A stretch of DNA of 54,317 nt. It comes from Clostridia bacterium. GTDB taxonomy: Bacteria; Bacillota; Clostridia; HGM11514. Every line of letters begins with the position of its first letter. The stretch's first letter is position 1. The position numbers were made by a program, and so were the translations under genes. Positions 30,011 to 39,934 of the stretch are shown piece after piece. Location: the NCBI GenBank assembly GCA_045586685.1, contig JAZNAU010000027.1, positions 1 through 54,317 of the forward strand, in the 5' to 3' direction. Below the pieces are notes generated by a model. That model worked only from the letters and a program-made list of their open reading frames with translations. It had not been told where the DNA came from and did not search any database.

Positions 30011-31411
30011 ATGATAAAAAAGAACAAAAACTTTAAGTACAGCCGCAATGCGTTGTTGTTTACCTGTCTTGTATTGGGAATCATGCTTTTTGTTAATTTG
30101 ATTATTACGGAAATTGTATCAATTTATCCTTTAAAAGCAGATATGACCAGGAATAAGATTTATGCTTTAACAGACGATACAAAACGAATTTTACATGAAA
30201 TGAAAAAGGATGTATCTATTTACTTAATAGAATCGGAAAAACAACCGATTTATAATGATACCATAGAAGTAATTGACCGTTATCGTAAAGAATCCAACGG
30301 AAGAATCACGGTAGAATCTGTGGATATTTCTGCGAATCCAACCTTTGCAAAGAAGTTTGAAGAAAAGGCTTCTTTGAGTTTTGGAACAATTGTAATTGAG
30401 TGCGGTGATCGTGTTAAAACCTTAAATTCTTCTGATTTTACATCTTCAGAAACCAAAACCTACACTGCAGAAAACAAAATGACCAATGCCATTTTATATG
30501 TAATGTCCGATCAGACACATAATGTTTATTTAATGACAGGTCACGGAGAAAAAGAATTTGGGATTATGGAATCTTTGTTGAATCAAAGTTTATATACCAT
30601 TAACGATTTTCAGTTCTTAAATAATGAGATTCCTGAAGATGCACAAATTATGATTTGTATTTCACCAAAGAAGGATTTTTCTGAAGAAGAAATCCAAAAA
30701 TTAGATCGCTATTTGGAACAAGGCGGAAATGTTCAGTTCTATTTTGATGTAGGAACAACCGATTTAGAACGGTTATATTCCTATTTACAGGAATGGGGCA
30801 TTACAGTTAACAATGATTATCTGTATGAATCGGACAAAAACCGCTATTATGGTTCTGGAACTACAGCAGCAATCAATATTATTCCATACGTGGAATCCTA
30901 TGCATTTACTCAAGGCGTGAATCAGAATGCATTGATGATTGTACCTTTTTCTTCCTCGTTGACGTTAACAGATACCAATGTAAAAAAAGCAACCGTACTG
31001 TCCTTGCTTTCCACCTCTGAAAAAGCATATTCCAGAACGGACTTTGCAGCTGATGGGTTCTCAACTCCTGTCAATGGAGATACTGCAGGATTTCATACCA
31101 TGTCTGCTATGGCAGTATCAATAAAAAACGGAGTTGAATCGAATGTCATGGTGACAGGTACTTCACAGCTTTTATTAAATAGCTTAATGGAGGATAACTC
31201 AACGTATGCAAACGGTGACTATTTCTTAAACAGTGTTGCATGGATGAGCCAAATGGAAGATGCGGTAAAAATCAGAGCCAAAAGCTTAGTCAGTGACACG
31301 TTGAAACTAACGGTCGGAAAAGGAATTACCTATACAATTGTAATTTTTGTTATTTCAATTCTTGTGTTAATTGTTGGTGTGGTGATTTGGGCGAGGAGGA
31401 GATTTCTGTGA
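30011..31411 (+). CDS. GldG-like ABC auxiliary component
   Basis: D.T....Y.L...T, GHGE, P..DF..EE...L..YL..GG, N..W; N- and C-terminal TMs. Start ATG 30011. Confidence 0.85.
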   Translation: MIKKNKNFKYSRNALLFTCLVLGIMLFVNLIITEIVSIYPLKADMTRNKIYALTDDTKRILHEMKKDVSIYLIESEKQPIYNDTIEVIDRYRKESNGRITVESVDISANPTFAKKFEEKASLSFGTIVIECGDRVKTLNSSDFTSSETKTYTAENKMTNAILYVMSDQTHNVYLMTGHGEKEFGIMESLLNQSLYTINDFQFLNNEIPEDAQIMICISPKKDFSEEEIQKLDRYLEQGGNVQFYFDVGTTDLERLYSYLQEWGITVNNDYLYESDKNRYYGSGTTAAINIIPYVESYAFTQGVNQNALMIVPFSSSLTLTDTNVKKATVLSLLSTSEKAYSRTDFAADGFSTPVNGDTAGFHTMSAMAVSIKNGVESNVMVTGTSQLLLNSLMEDNSTYANGDYFLNSVAWMSQMEDAVKIRAKSLVSDTLKLTVGKGITYTIVIFVISILVLIVGVVIWARRRFL

Positions 31412-32712
31412 GTAAAAAGAAAAATCTGGTTGCGGGAATTGTTCTGATTTGTCTGATTGGAATTTATATTGCATTACAGTTGGGAGTCCTTGAACCGAAG
31501 GTGATAGATACCCCCAGTGATTACGAACTGACAGAAGCCATTTTTACAAGTGAAAAAGATGAAATTGTTGCCATGTATATTGTAAATCCAGAGGGAAATT
31601 TCTCTTTTAAGAAAAGTGAAGAATCTTGGATTTGTCAGGAAAAACCTGAAATTGAACTGGAACAAGCCTCTGTAAACAGTCTTTCGTGGGATTATATTAC
31701 ATTGAAACCAAACAGAACCATCGAAGAACAAGTTTCAGATTTTGAGCAATACGGTTTACATCAGCCGCAAGCTTCTATTCGTTTGGTGCTTAAAGATGAT
31801 TCTCAAGCAACATTTCTAATCGGGAACGAAGTGGAAGGTAGTGGATACTATTTCATGGAAAAAGATAAACCAACTGTTTATTTGATGGACTATATGGAGT
31901 GTACCAATATTTTACATCCACTGAGTTATTATCGAAAATCTTCATTATTTACTGTATCGGAAGAAGGTTTAAAATCAGTATTTTATCAAGTAGGAGAAAC
32001 GGGTTATAGGATCAACAGAGTTCAGCAGCAACAATGGGAAATGACAGAACCTTACCCGAGGGAAGTGTATGGGGCCTCTTTTTCTCAAAGTTTTATTACT
32101 CCTGCTTTGGAATTATATATTTCAGAATTTTTTGATGATTTCACTCCAGCGGAATGCGGTCTTGAGAAACCTTCTTATAAGTTGCAATTATCCGCCGGAG
32201 AAGAAACAGATGTATTGCTGATCGGCAATGAGAACGAGGATGGAATCTGCTATGCCATGTGGGAAAACCAAAGGACAGTATTTGGAATTCACAAAGGTTT
32301 ATTGGCATTTTTAGATACAAATCCATTGACTTTTATGATGAATTATGTGTATTTGCCAAGTATTGACACCATAGAATCTATAACCGGAACTATACAGGGT
32401 AATCCATTTTCATTGGTTCTTAAGCGAAACGAAGAAGAAACAGACTACTACTTTAACGATAAAAAAGTTGATAGCAGTACATGGAAGGATAAATTCCAAG
32501 TTTTGCTGACCGCAGAAATTATTGATTTTACAAATGATGCGCTTACAGATGGTCAGCCTACCATTTCCTATACTGCGAAATTGACTGACGGAACAGAAAC
32601 AAAAATTGCATTTTACCCCATGAATGAACGTAATTATGCAGTTCGCTATAATGAAAAGGTCTGCTTTGTGGTCAATAAAAATACCATAGATACATTACTT
32701 GAAAACTTTTAA
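31408..32712 (+). CDS. DUF4340 domain membrane-anchored protein
   Basis: N-terminal TM, repeated YGL..P / CGLEKP and IG.E units; usual partner of GldG. Start GTG 31408. Confidence 0.8.
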   Translation: MSKKKNLVAGIVLICLIGIYIALQLGVLEPKVIDTPSDYELTEAIFTSEKDEIVAMYIVNPEGNFSFKKSEESWICQEKPEIELEQASVNSLSWDYITLKPNRTIEEQVSDFEQYGLHQPQASIRLVLKDDSQATFLIGNEVEGSGYYFMEKDKPTVYLMDYMECTNILHPLSYYRKSSLFTVSEEGLKSVFYQVGETGYRINRVQQQQWEMTEPYPREVYGASFSQSFITPALELYISEFFDDFTPAECGLEKPSYKLQLSAGEETDVLLIGNENEDGICYAMWENQRTVFGIHKGLLAFLDTNPLTFMMNYVYLPSIDTIESITGTIQGNPFSLVLKRNEEETDYYFNDKKVDSSTWKDKFQVLLTAEIIDFTNDALTDGQPTISYTAKLTDGTETKIAFYPMNERNYAVRYNEKVCFVVNKNTIDTLLENF

Positions 32713-32729
32713 CACTACGAGGTGAAAAA

Positions 32730-34772
32730 ATGGAAAGAAAAATTTCAAAAGAATCCGTTTTGGCAATTTTATTTCTTGTTTTAACATTTTCCACCTTCTT
32801 TATGAAGGGGATGTATTTTGAAGGAGAACAGTTTTTGTATCTTTCTCTGCTTGGCATTCTTGGGATTGTAACATTTTTTTTGATTCCGGGCAAAGAATGC
32901 TTTGGAAGAAGCTTAGATTGGTTTGTTTTATCTATTGTAATCATTTATATAATTTCTTCTTTCCATGCATTTTATCTTCGTAATGCTATTGTGGAAGTGC
33001 TGAAATACAGTGGTGTATTTTTAGCATTTGTACTTTCAAAAAGATTATTGAAAGACCGAATCGATTGGTTTGTAGTTACTATTTATCTTGCCGGTGTATT
33101 CATGTCTTTCGTTGGATTGGGTGCCGCATCCGGTCTTTACCATATTGACGGCGCTTATTTGGAGAAAGAAAATATTGTTGCTTCATTATTCCAATATCAT
33201 AATACCTCTGCGATTGTGTTAGCTTGTGTGTTTGTATTCGGACTCAGCTTATATTCAAAAGCATCAAAAATGTGGTATAAACTTTTGGTCAGTGCAGGAA
33301 ATATGATAGCTTTATTAACAATCATATTTTCCTCATCCAGAGGAACTTGGTTGTTGTTTCCAATTATTTTGATTCTCTACTATTTTTTACTTCCTAAAGG
33401 AGACCGTGGTTCCTCTGTTCCGGTCCTTGGTACGATTGTTTCTGCATTCTTGATAATGAGAGGTTGCGGAAATGCTTTGGCTGAACAAAACACTGCTGTT
33501 TTCTTTCTTTATATGATTTGTTCTATTTGTCTTGCAGTGGGTTTTTCCTATTTATTGGAAAAGAATTTAGACAAGCTTATTATTACCAAAAAAAATGCCA
33601 TCTTCATAGGAATTGTATTGATTCTTTTAATTTTAATTTTAGTATTGTTTGGAAAGTATTTACTTCCTCAATCTATGATTCAGAGAATTACCTCCTTTAC
33701 AATGGAATCGAGAACCGTTTTAGAGCGTATGACTTTTTATAAGGATGCATTTACGGTATTTAAACTGTATCCTGTCCTTGGAGTTGGGGGTGGGGGCTGG
33801 CCTTATGTTTACTCAGAATATAAATCTTACCGCTATCTGTCAAACAGTCCTCACAGTTTTTTGCTTCATTTAATAGTAGAAACGGGCATGTTAGGGATTC
33901 TTGTTTTTCTTTTCTTGGTTATCACCATGTTTCGTCTGTTGATAAAATTATTAAAAGCGGAAAAAAATGTCAAGAAAATCTATGCCCCCTTATTTGTTTC
34001 AGCTGCGGGTATTTTCGTGCATAGTATGTTTGATTTTGATTTTACATATTATACCGTTACTGTTACAGTTTGGATGATTCTTGGCCTGATTTCAGAAATT
34101 GAAATTAAGAATCAAGCACCAAAGAACGGATGGCTTCGTTGGGTTGGAATCCTTTGTTCTCTTTTAATATTGATTTGTGGATTTGTGGGAAAGATTGCAT
34201 GGGATAATTATTATAAAACTGCTCAATATATGGTTTCAGATAATAAAAAAGCCTATGAATATGCGTCCAAAGCCACAGCACTTGATGCGGGAAATTCTAT
34301 GTATGCAATTACAAAGGGGAATATGGGTTTCCATCTTGCTGCTATCCAGACAGATGAACAGCAATTACGTTTCTATGCACAACAGGCTGAGGATGCATTA
34401 GAACAAGGATATCGATATAATCCTCGTGACCACATGTTAATCAAAGAACTTTCCACTTTTTATGTAAATACCGGAAAATTTGATCAAGGATGTGCAATGG
34501 CTGAAAATTTGATTAAACTGGCGCCGTTAAACTACGAATCCTATGAACACGTTGCGGTTATTTATACAACAGTTGCACAGGAATATCAGAAAAAAAACGA
34601 CATTGCTGGAATCAAAAAAGCAATGGGGCGTTTGACAACGTTAATGGATGAACTGGCTGCTTATCACGAACAACGAGGTCTTCATTATAATACAAGCAAA
34701 GTCATAATAGACGCTGTTGAGCAGGCACAAAGTATTATGAAACAGATTGAGGGACTTGAGGAGAAAGAGTAG
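32730..34772 (+). CDS. O-antigen ligase/oligosaccharyltransferase-like protein with C-terminal TPR-like helices
   Basis: S.FQY.N, S.SRG.W, ER..FY.DA, G.G.GGW, PHS..L....E.G, HS..DFD; helical tail. Confidence 0.82.
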   Translation: MERKISKESVLAILFLVLTFSTFFMKGMYFEGEQFLYLSLLGILGIVTFFLIPGKECFGRSLDWFVLSIVIIYIISSFHAFYLRNAIVEVLKYSGVFLAFVLSKRLLKDRIDWFVVTIYLAGVFMSFVGLGAASGLYHIDGAYLEKENIVASLFQYHNTSAIVLACVFVFGLSLYSKASKMWYKLLVSAGNMIALLTIIFSSSRGTWLLFPIILILYYFLLPKGDRGSSVPVLGTIVSAFLIMRGCGNALAEQNTAVFFLYMICSICLAVGFSYLLEKNLDKLIITKKNAIFIGIVLILLILILVLFGKYLLPQSMIQRITSFTMESRTVLERMTFYKDAFTVFKLYPVLGVGGGGWPYVYSEYKSYRYLSNSPHSFLLHLIVETGMLGILVFLFLVITMFRLLIKLLKAEKNVKKIYAPLFVSAAGIFVHSMFDFDFTYYTVTVTVWMILGLISEIEIKNQAPKNGWLRWVGILCSLLILICGFVGKIAWDNYYKTAQYMVSDNKKAYEYASKATALDAGNSMYAITKGNMGFHLAAIQTDEQQLRFYAQQAEDALEQGYRYNPRDHMLIKELSTFYVNTGKFDQGCAMAENLIKLAPLNYESYEHVAVIYTTVAQEYQKKNDIAGIKKAMGRLTTLMDELAAYHEQRGLHYNTSKVIIDAVEQAQSIMKQIEGLEEKE

Positions 34773-34775
34773 GAT

Positions 34776-35552
34776 ATGAAACGATTTTTTAGTGAATTAT
34801 ATGCATATCGTGAAATGCTGAAAAGTCTTGTGCAAAAAGATTTAAAAACAAGATACAAGGGTTCTTTTTTGGGGTTTTTATGGACCTTTATCAATCCTTT
34901 GATGCAACTTGCAATCTATGCGTTGATTTTTCCTTTTTTAATGCGTGTAGAAGAAAAAAATTACGCTATGTTTTTGTTTGTAGCGTTACTTCCTTGGCTG
35001 TTTTTTTCTACATCCTTACAAACCAGTACCGACTGTATTGTTGAGAATTATAATCTTGTAAAAAAGATTTATTTTCCCCGTCAGGTGTTGCCGTTGTCGG
35101 TGGCCACGGGAGGACTGGTCAATTATATTTACGGTTTGATTGTTGTGCTGGTGGGATTGCTGATTGCCGGAATTCCTTTGACTTGGAATATTTTGTTTTT
35201 GCCCTTGCTGTTATTGATTTTATATATAACGGTATCCGGCTTTTGCCTGATGTTTTCGGCATTGAATGTGTATATCCGTGATTTGGAGCATATTGTTAAC
35301 ATCGTTACGATGGCATGGTTTTATGCCACTCCTATTGTGTATCCCCTTACAATGCTTCCTGATTGGCTTCAAAAGATATTATTGTTCAATCCAATGACAC
35401 CATTGGTGCAAGGATTTCGAAATGTTATTTATTACGGAGTTTCACCCGACTTGACGGAAATTGTCATTGCTGCAATTGAAGCCATCATCATCTTTACTGC
35501 GGGCGTGTTAATCTTTAACAAAATGGAACCCGGCTTTGCGGAGGAAATTTAA
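34776..35552 (+). CDS. wzm: polysaccharide ABC permease Wzm
   Basis: RYKGSFLG.LW..INP, L..KIYFP, RD...I, ATPI.YP, NP. Confidence 0.92.
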   Translation: MKRFFSELYAYREMLKSLVQKDLKTRYKGSFLGFLWTFINPLMQLAIYALIFPFLMRVEEKNYAMFLFVALLPWLFFSTSLQTSTDCIVENYNLVKKIYFPRQVLPLSVATGGLVNYIYGLIVVLVGLLIAGIPLTWNILFLPLLLLILYITVSGFCLMFSALNVYIRDLEHIVNIVTMAWFYATPIVYPLTMLPDWLQKILLFNPMTPLVQGFRNVIYYGVSPDLTEIVIAAIEAIIIFTAGVLIFNKMEPGFAEEI

Positions 35553-36290
35553 ATGATTGAAGTAATCGGAGTTTCAAAAAAATTTAAACGGTATCACGAT
35601 AAGGCGACTACTTTAAAAGAACGGCTGTTAATGTTGCGTTCCTCGAAAAGTGATACTTTTTGGGCATTGCAAAATATTGATTTACATATTAACCAAGGGG
35701 AAACCGTTGGTTTAATTGGCCACAATGGTTCCGGAAAAAGCACTCTTTTAAAGCTGATTACAAAAATTATTTATCCTTCCGAGGGACAAATTAAAACAAA
35801 GGGCAGAGTATCCAGTCTTTTGGAGTTGGGAGCGGGGTTTCATCCCGATTTTACCGGTCGGGAAAATATTTATATCAATGCTTCTATTTTTGGCTTAAGT
35901 AAAAAAGAAATTGATAAGAAATTAGACAGCATTATTGCGTTTTCCGAATTAGAAGGTTTTATCGATAGCCCAATCAGAACTTATTCTTCAGGAATGTATA
36001 TTCGTCTTGCTTTTGCTGTAGCGGTACATGTAGAGCCGCAGATTTTGTTAATGGACGAAATACTGGCGGTAGGAGATGCTAATTTCCAAAAAAAATGTAT
36101 TGAAAAAATAAAAGAATTTAAAAAACAGGGGATTACAATTGTTTTTGTTTCCCATAATATGGAAGATGTTTATGAAATTTGTGATCGGGTTGTTTGGTTG
36201 GATCACGGACACATCAAGGCAATGGGGGGAACAAAAGAAATTGGAGAACAGTATTTAGCCGAAATGTCACAAAACAAGGGGGAAGAATAA
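35553..36290 (+). CDS. wzt: polysaccharide ABC ATPase Wzt (no C-terminal CBD)
   Basis: GHNGSGKST, LELGAGF.P..TGRENI, YSSGM..RL; only 245 aa. Confidence 0.92.
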   Translation: MIEVIGVSKKFKRYHDKATTLKERLLMLRSSKSDTFWALQNIDLHINQGETVGLIGHNGSGKSTLLKLITKIIYPSEGQIKTKGRVSSLLELGAGFHPDFTGRENIYINASIFGLSKKEIDKKLDSIIAFSELEGFIDSPIRTYSSGMYIRLAFAVAVHVEPQILLMDEILAVGDANFQKKCIEKIKEFKKQGITIVFVSHNMEDVYEICDRVVWLDHGHIKAMGGTKEIGEQYLAEMSQNKGEE

Positions 36291-36674
36291 ATGAAAACCT
36301 TTGGAAATGTAAACGATGAAGTGATGCAGGAAATTATGAAAAAAGCTGCTGAACGCGAACCTTCTGATTACGAATTTTTATCTAACGGAGAAATTAGACG
36401 GCGGGTAGGGGATGTGCAGCATAGCATCAATATCGACCGTCGATGGGAAATTATTTCTGATTTTCCCATTACGTCTCATCGAAAGCGAAGCGGAAAACTA
36501 ATTGTATTTTTTAAGCAAAAAACAAAAAAATTATTTCAGTGGTATGTAGATGCTCTGTTTGACCAACAGGTTGAATTTAATCATACCATGTGGGCTGCAT
36601 ACTATCAGCAAAAAAAAGAATTAGACGAATTACGCAATGAGTTGAATCAGTTAAAGCAGGAGAAATCGTTATGA
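36291..36674 (+). CDS. hypothetical protein with C-terminal coiled coil
   Basis: ITSHR...G....F.K...KL..WY......Q..FN followed by heptad-like QQKKELDELRNELNQLKQ; tightly coupled to both neighbours. Confidence 0.75.
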   Translation: MKTFGNVNDEVMQEIMKKAAEREPSDYEFLSNGEIRRRVGDVQHSINIDRRWEIISDFPITSHRKRSGKLIVFFKQKTKKLFQWYVDALFDQQVEFNHTMWAAYYQQKKELDELRNELNQLKQEKSL

Positions 36675-37726
36675 AACGAGCGGATCAAATTTTAGCAGAT
36701 ATTCAATTTGGTGATGCTGTCACAGACCATGCTCTTGCCTTACAAAAACGGTTAAGAATGTTGGGATTTGAAAGTGAAATTTATGCAGAGAATATTCATC
36801 CTTCATTTTTTTCAAAAATAAAAAAAGCTTGTGACTATACCCCGGGGGATTTACTCATTCATCACTTTGCGATTGGTTCGGAACTGAATGAAACAATCAA
36901 AGAAATTAAAGGAGTCAAGAAGGTTTTTATCTATCATAATATTACTCCTCCGGATTTTTTTGAAGGCTACAATCTGCACAGTCAGACTCTCTGCATGAAA
37001 GCCAGAGAACAGTTAAAAACTCTTTCAGATACTTATGATATGAGCATTGCAGTTTCAGAATATAACTGTTCTGAATTACGAGAACTTGGGTTTTCCAATT
37101 TGCGTGTGTTACCGATTTTATATGATTTCGGTCATGTTTCGGAGCAGTTTGATCAAGACTTTTTTAACAAAATGCAGGATAAAAAAAATATTTTGTTTTT
37201 AGGAAGAATTGCCCCGAATAAACGACAGGAGGATGTCATCAAAGCCTTCTATCTTTACCATAACATATACCCTGATAGCAGACTGTTTTTGGTGGGTTCT
37301 TATCAGGGAATGGAAAAGTATTTTAACGAGTTGATTCATTTGACTACCCTTTTAGGCTTGGAAAACGATGTGGTGTTTACAGGAAAAGTCAGTTACGAAA
37401 TCATGACAAGTCTTTACAAAGGAGCAGACCTCTTTTTATCGATGAGTGAGCATGAAGGCTTTTGTGTTCCTTTGTTAGAGTCAATGTATTTTCAACTTCC
37501 CATATTGGCATATTCTTCAAGTGCCATACCTGAAACATTGGGAAACGGCGGTGTTTTGTTCTACGAGAAAAATTTCCCCCTGATTGCAGAAATGATGGTC
37601 CGATTAACTCAGGATGAAGACCTACGTAAACAGATTATTAAACAACAAACATTACGATTGGAAGAATTATCTGAGAAAAAAATTGGGGAACAATTTGATA
37701 AATTGATTGAGGAATTGAATGTATGA
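36671..37726 (+). CDS. GT4 family glycosyltransferase
   Basis: GDAV, YHNITP, GRIAPNK, SEHEGFCVPLLESM. Confidence 0.9.
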   Translation: MKRADQILADIQFGDAVTDHALALQKRLRMLGFESEIYAENIHPSFFSKIKKACDYTPGDLLIHHFAIGSELNETIKEIKGVKKVFIYHNITPPDFFEGYNLHSQTLCMKAREQLKTLSDTYDMSIAVSEYNCSELRELGFSNLRVLPILYDFGHVSEQFDQDFFNKMQDKKNILFLGRIAPNKRQEDVIKAFYLYHNIYPDSRLFLVGSYQGMEKYFNELIHLTTLLGLENDVVFTGKVSYEIMTSLYKGADLFLSMSEHEGFCVPLLESMYFQLPILAYSSSAIPETLGNGGVLFYEKNFPLIAEMMVRLTQDEDLRKQIIKQQTLRLEELSEKKIGEQFDKLIEELNV

Positions 37727-38901
37727 AACGACCAAGAATTGCCTTTGTAGTCCAGCGATACGGAACGGAAATTAACGGCGGAGCAGAGCTTCATTGCCGT
37801 CAGCTTGCTGAGCAATTAACTGAACGGTATGAGGTTTCGGTATTAACCACCTGTGCAAAAAATTATAATACTTGGGAGAATCAATTTCCTTCCGGAACGT
37901 CAACTTTAAATGGTGTTACTGTTCATCGTTTTCCTTGTGTTTGTACCAGAGACGGCTTTCCGCATCCGTGGTATCCTAACGGAATTCATAGTGCATACGG
38001 ATATGCAAATGATATGAATTGGATGATGCAACAAGGGCCTTTAAGTCTGGAACTAATTCACTTTTTAAAATACAACAGAGAACAATATGATGTTTTTTTA
38101 TTCTTTACTTATTTGTACTTTACCACCTATGCCGGACTGCAAATTGTTCCGGAAAAAAGCATTTTAATTCCTACAGCACATGACGAGCCTGCAATTTACC
38201 GCGATATTTTCAGAAGTGTATTTCATCTTCCAAAAGGAATTTTTTATAATACAAAAGAGGAGCAGTCATTTGTTTCCGGTTTATTTCATCATCATCCTAT
38301 GTTTGAAGCAATCGGAGGTGTTGGCGTAGAGCTTCCCGGAAATATTTCTGGAGAACGTTTTCGCATGAAATATGGCATTAAAGACCCCTTCTTATTATAT
38401 GTTGGAAGAATGACTGAGAAGAAGGGTTGCCATATTTTGTTTGATTATTTTTCTAAAATGAAAGAAAGAGGAAACGGCAACCTAAAGCTTGTGCTGATGG
38501 GAACGGGCGAACTGGCACCGCCACAGCGAGATGACATTATTTCCTTAGGGTATGTATCCGATCAGGATAAGTTTGACGGAATTTTAGCCAGTAATATGAT
38601 GGTAATTCCTTCATTATACGAAAGCTTGTCAATGGTATTATTAGAAGCAATGAGTCTGGAAATTCCTGTTTTGGTAAACGGAGATTGTTTGGTACTGAAA
38701 GAACATTGCAGAAAGAGCAATGGAGGCATTTATTTCCACAGTTTTGAGGAATTTGTACAAGGTACGAATTATTTACTTGAACATGGGAAAATGTTAGGAA
38801 AAAATGGAAAACAATATGTGGAAAATGAATATTGTTGGTCGGTTATTTTAGAAAAATTATGTTATATGATAGAGCAGGTGCGTGAATTAAATCATGAGTA
38901 A
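37723..38901 (+). CDS. GT4 family glycosyltransferase
   Basis: RYG....GGAE, PTAHDEP, VGR....KG, YESLS.V.LEAM. Confidence 0.9.
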   Translation: MKRPRIAFVVQRYGTEINGGAELHCRQLAEQLTERYEVSVLTTCAKNYNTWENQFPSGTSTLNGVTVHRFPCVCTRDGFPHPWYPNGIHSAYGYANDMNWMMQQGPLSLELIHFLKYNREQYDVFLFFTYLYFTTYAGLQIVPEKSILIPTAHDEPAIYRDIFRSVFHLPKGIFYNTKEEQSFVSGLFHHHPMFEAIGGVGVELPGNISGERFRMKYGIKDPFLLYVGRMTEKKGCHILFDYFSKMKERGNGNLKLVLMGTGELAPPQRDDIISLGYVSDQDKFDGILASNMMVIPSLYESLSMVLLEAMSLEIPVLVNGDCLVLKEHCRKSNGGIYFHSFEEFVQGTNYLLEHGKMLGKNGKQYVENEYCWSVILEKLCYMIEQVRELNHE

Positions 38902-39925
38902 AATTATGGTAGGAATGAGCGGAGGGGTAGACAGCAGCGTTGCGGCAGCTCTTCTTGTAAAGGAAGGCCATCATGTGGCAGGTGTTACATTGCGTCTTTG
39001 GAAAGAAGACGGAAATAACAACACCGAAATCGAAGATGCAAAAAGAGTGTGTGAAGAGATTGGAATTCCTCATTTTGTGTTGGATGCTGAAACGGAGTTT
39101 CGAAGTATTGTTGTAGAAAATTTTATCAGTGAATACCGCAATGGCAGAACACCGAATCCTTGTATTGTATGCAATAAAAAAATTAAATTTGGGTTAATGT
39201 TGGAGTTTGCTCTGGAACAGGGATATGAGTTTATTTCTACAGGTCATTATATCGAAAAACAATATAAAAATGGTTGTTATCATTTGCTCCAATCAGATAA
39301 TCAACAAAAAGATCAGAGTTATGTATTGTATCATCTGACAGCTCATCAGTTAGAGCACAGCATTTTCCCTCTGGTTTCATATTCAAAAGAAGAAATCAGA
39401 AGCATGGCAGAAGATTGGAAATTGCCCGTTGCACAAAAGCCTGACAGTCAGGATATCTGTTTTTTGCCTAAGGACTATGCTGCTTTTATTGAACGTCAGA
39501 GCTCACCGATGAAACCGGGAGATTTTATCAATAGCTCCGGAGAGGTCATTGGTCAACATAAAGGAATTCTTCACTATACGATAGGACAAAGAAAAGGCCT
39601 TGGGGGAACCTTTGGAAAGCCAATGTTTGTGACGAAAATCAATCCAAAGGATAATTCCATTACCTTAGGGGAGGCAGGAGAAGAATTTTTTACCACTTTG
39701 ACAGCATATGATTTGAATTTTATTGAAAAGGAATATGAAAACAAAGCCTTTGAAGCGGAAGTGATGGTTCGATATAAAAGTAAACGTTATTCCGGACTGA
39801 TTGTTCCAAATGCAGACGGAACAGTCACAGTAAACTTTCACGAGTCTCCAAGAGCGGTAACTCCGGGACAGGCGGCTGTATTTTATAACGGACGTTACGT
39901 CATTGGTGGCGGAACAATTTTATAA
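38894..39925 (+). CDS. mnmA: tRNA 2-thiouridylase
   Basis: SGGVDSSV, GRTPNPCIVCN, TGHY, KDQSY, DSQDICF, TIGQR.GL, TPGQ. Confidence 0.96.
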   Translation: MSKIMVGMSGGVDSSVAAALLVKEGHHVAGVTLRLWKEDGNNNTEIEDAKRVCEEIGIPHFVLDAETEFRSIVVENFISEYRNGRTPNPCIVCNKKIKFGLMLEFALEQGYEFISTGHYIEKQYKNGCYHLLQSDNQQKDQSYVLYHLTAHQLEHSIFPLVSYSKEEIRSMAEDWKLPVAQKPDSQDICFLPKDYAAFIERQSSPMKPGDFINSSGEVIGQHKGILHYTIGQRKGLGGTFGKPMFVTKINPKDNSITLGEAGEEFFTTLTAYDLNFIEKEYENKAFEAEVMVRYKSKRYSGLIVPNADGTVTVNFHESPRAVTPGQAAVFYNGRYVIGGGTIL

Positions 39926-39934
39926 AGGAGAAAC

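Noticed and set aside
28345-31411. Gliding motility function for the GldA/F/G-like genes
   Set aside because: The family name comes from Bacteroidota; no other gliding or T9SS genes are present and the host is a Firmicute.
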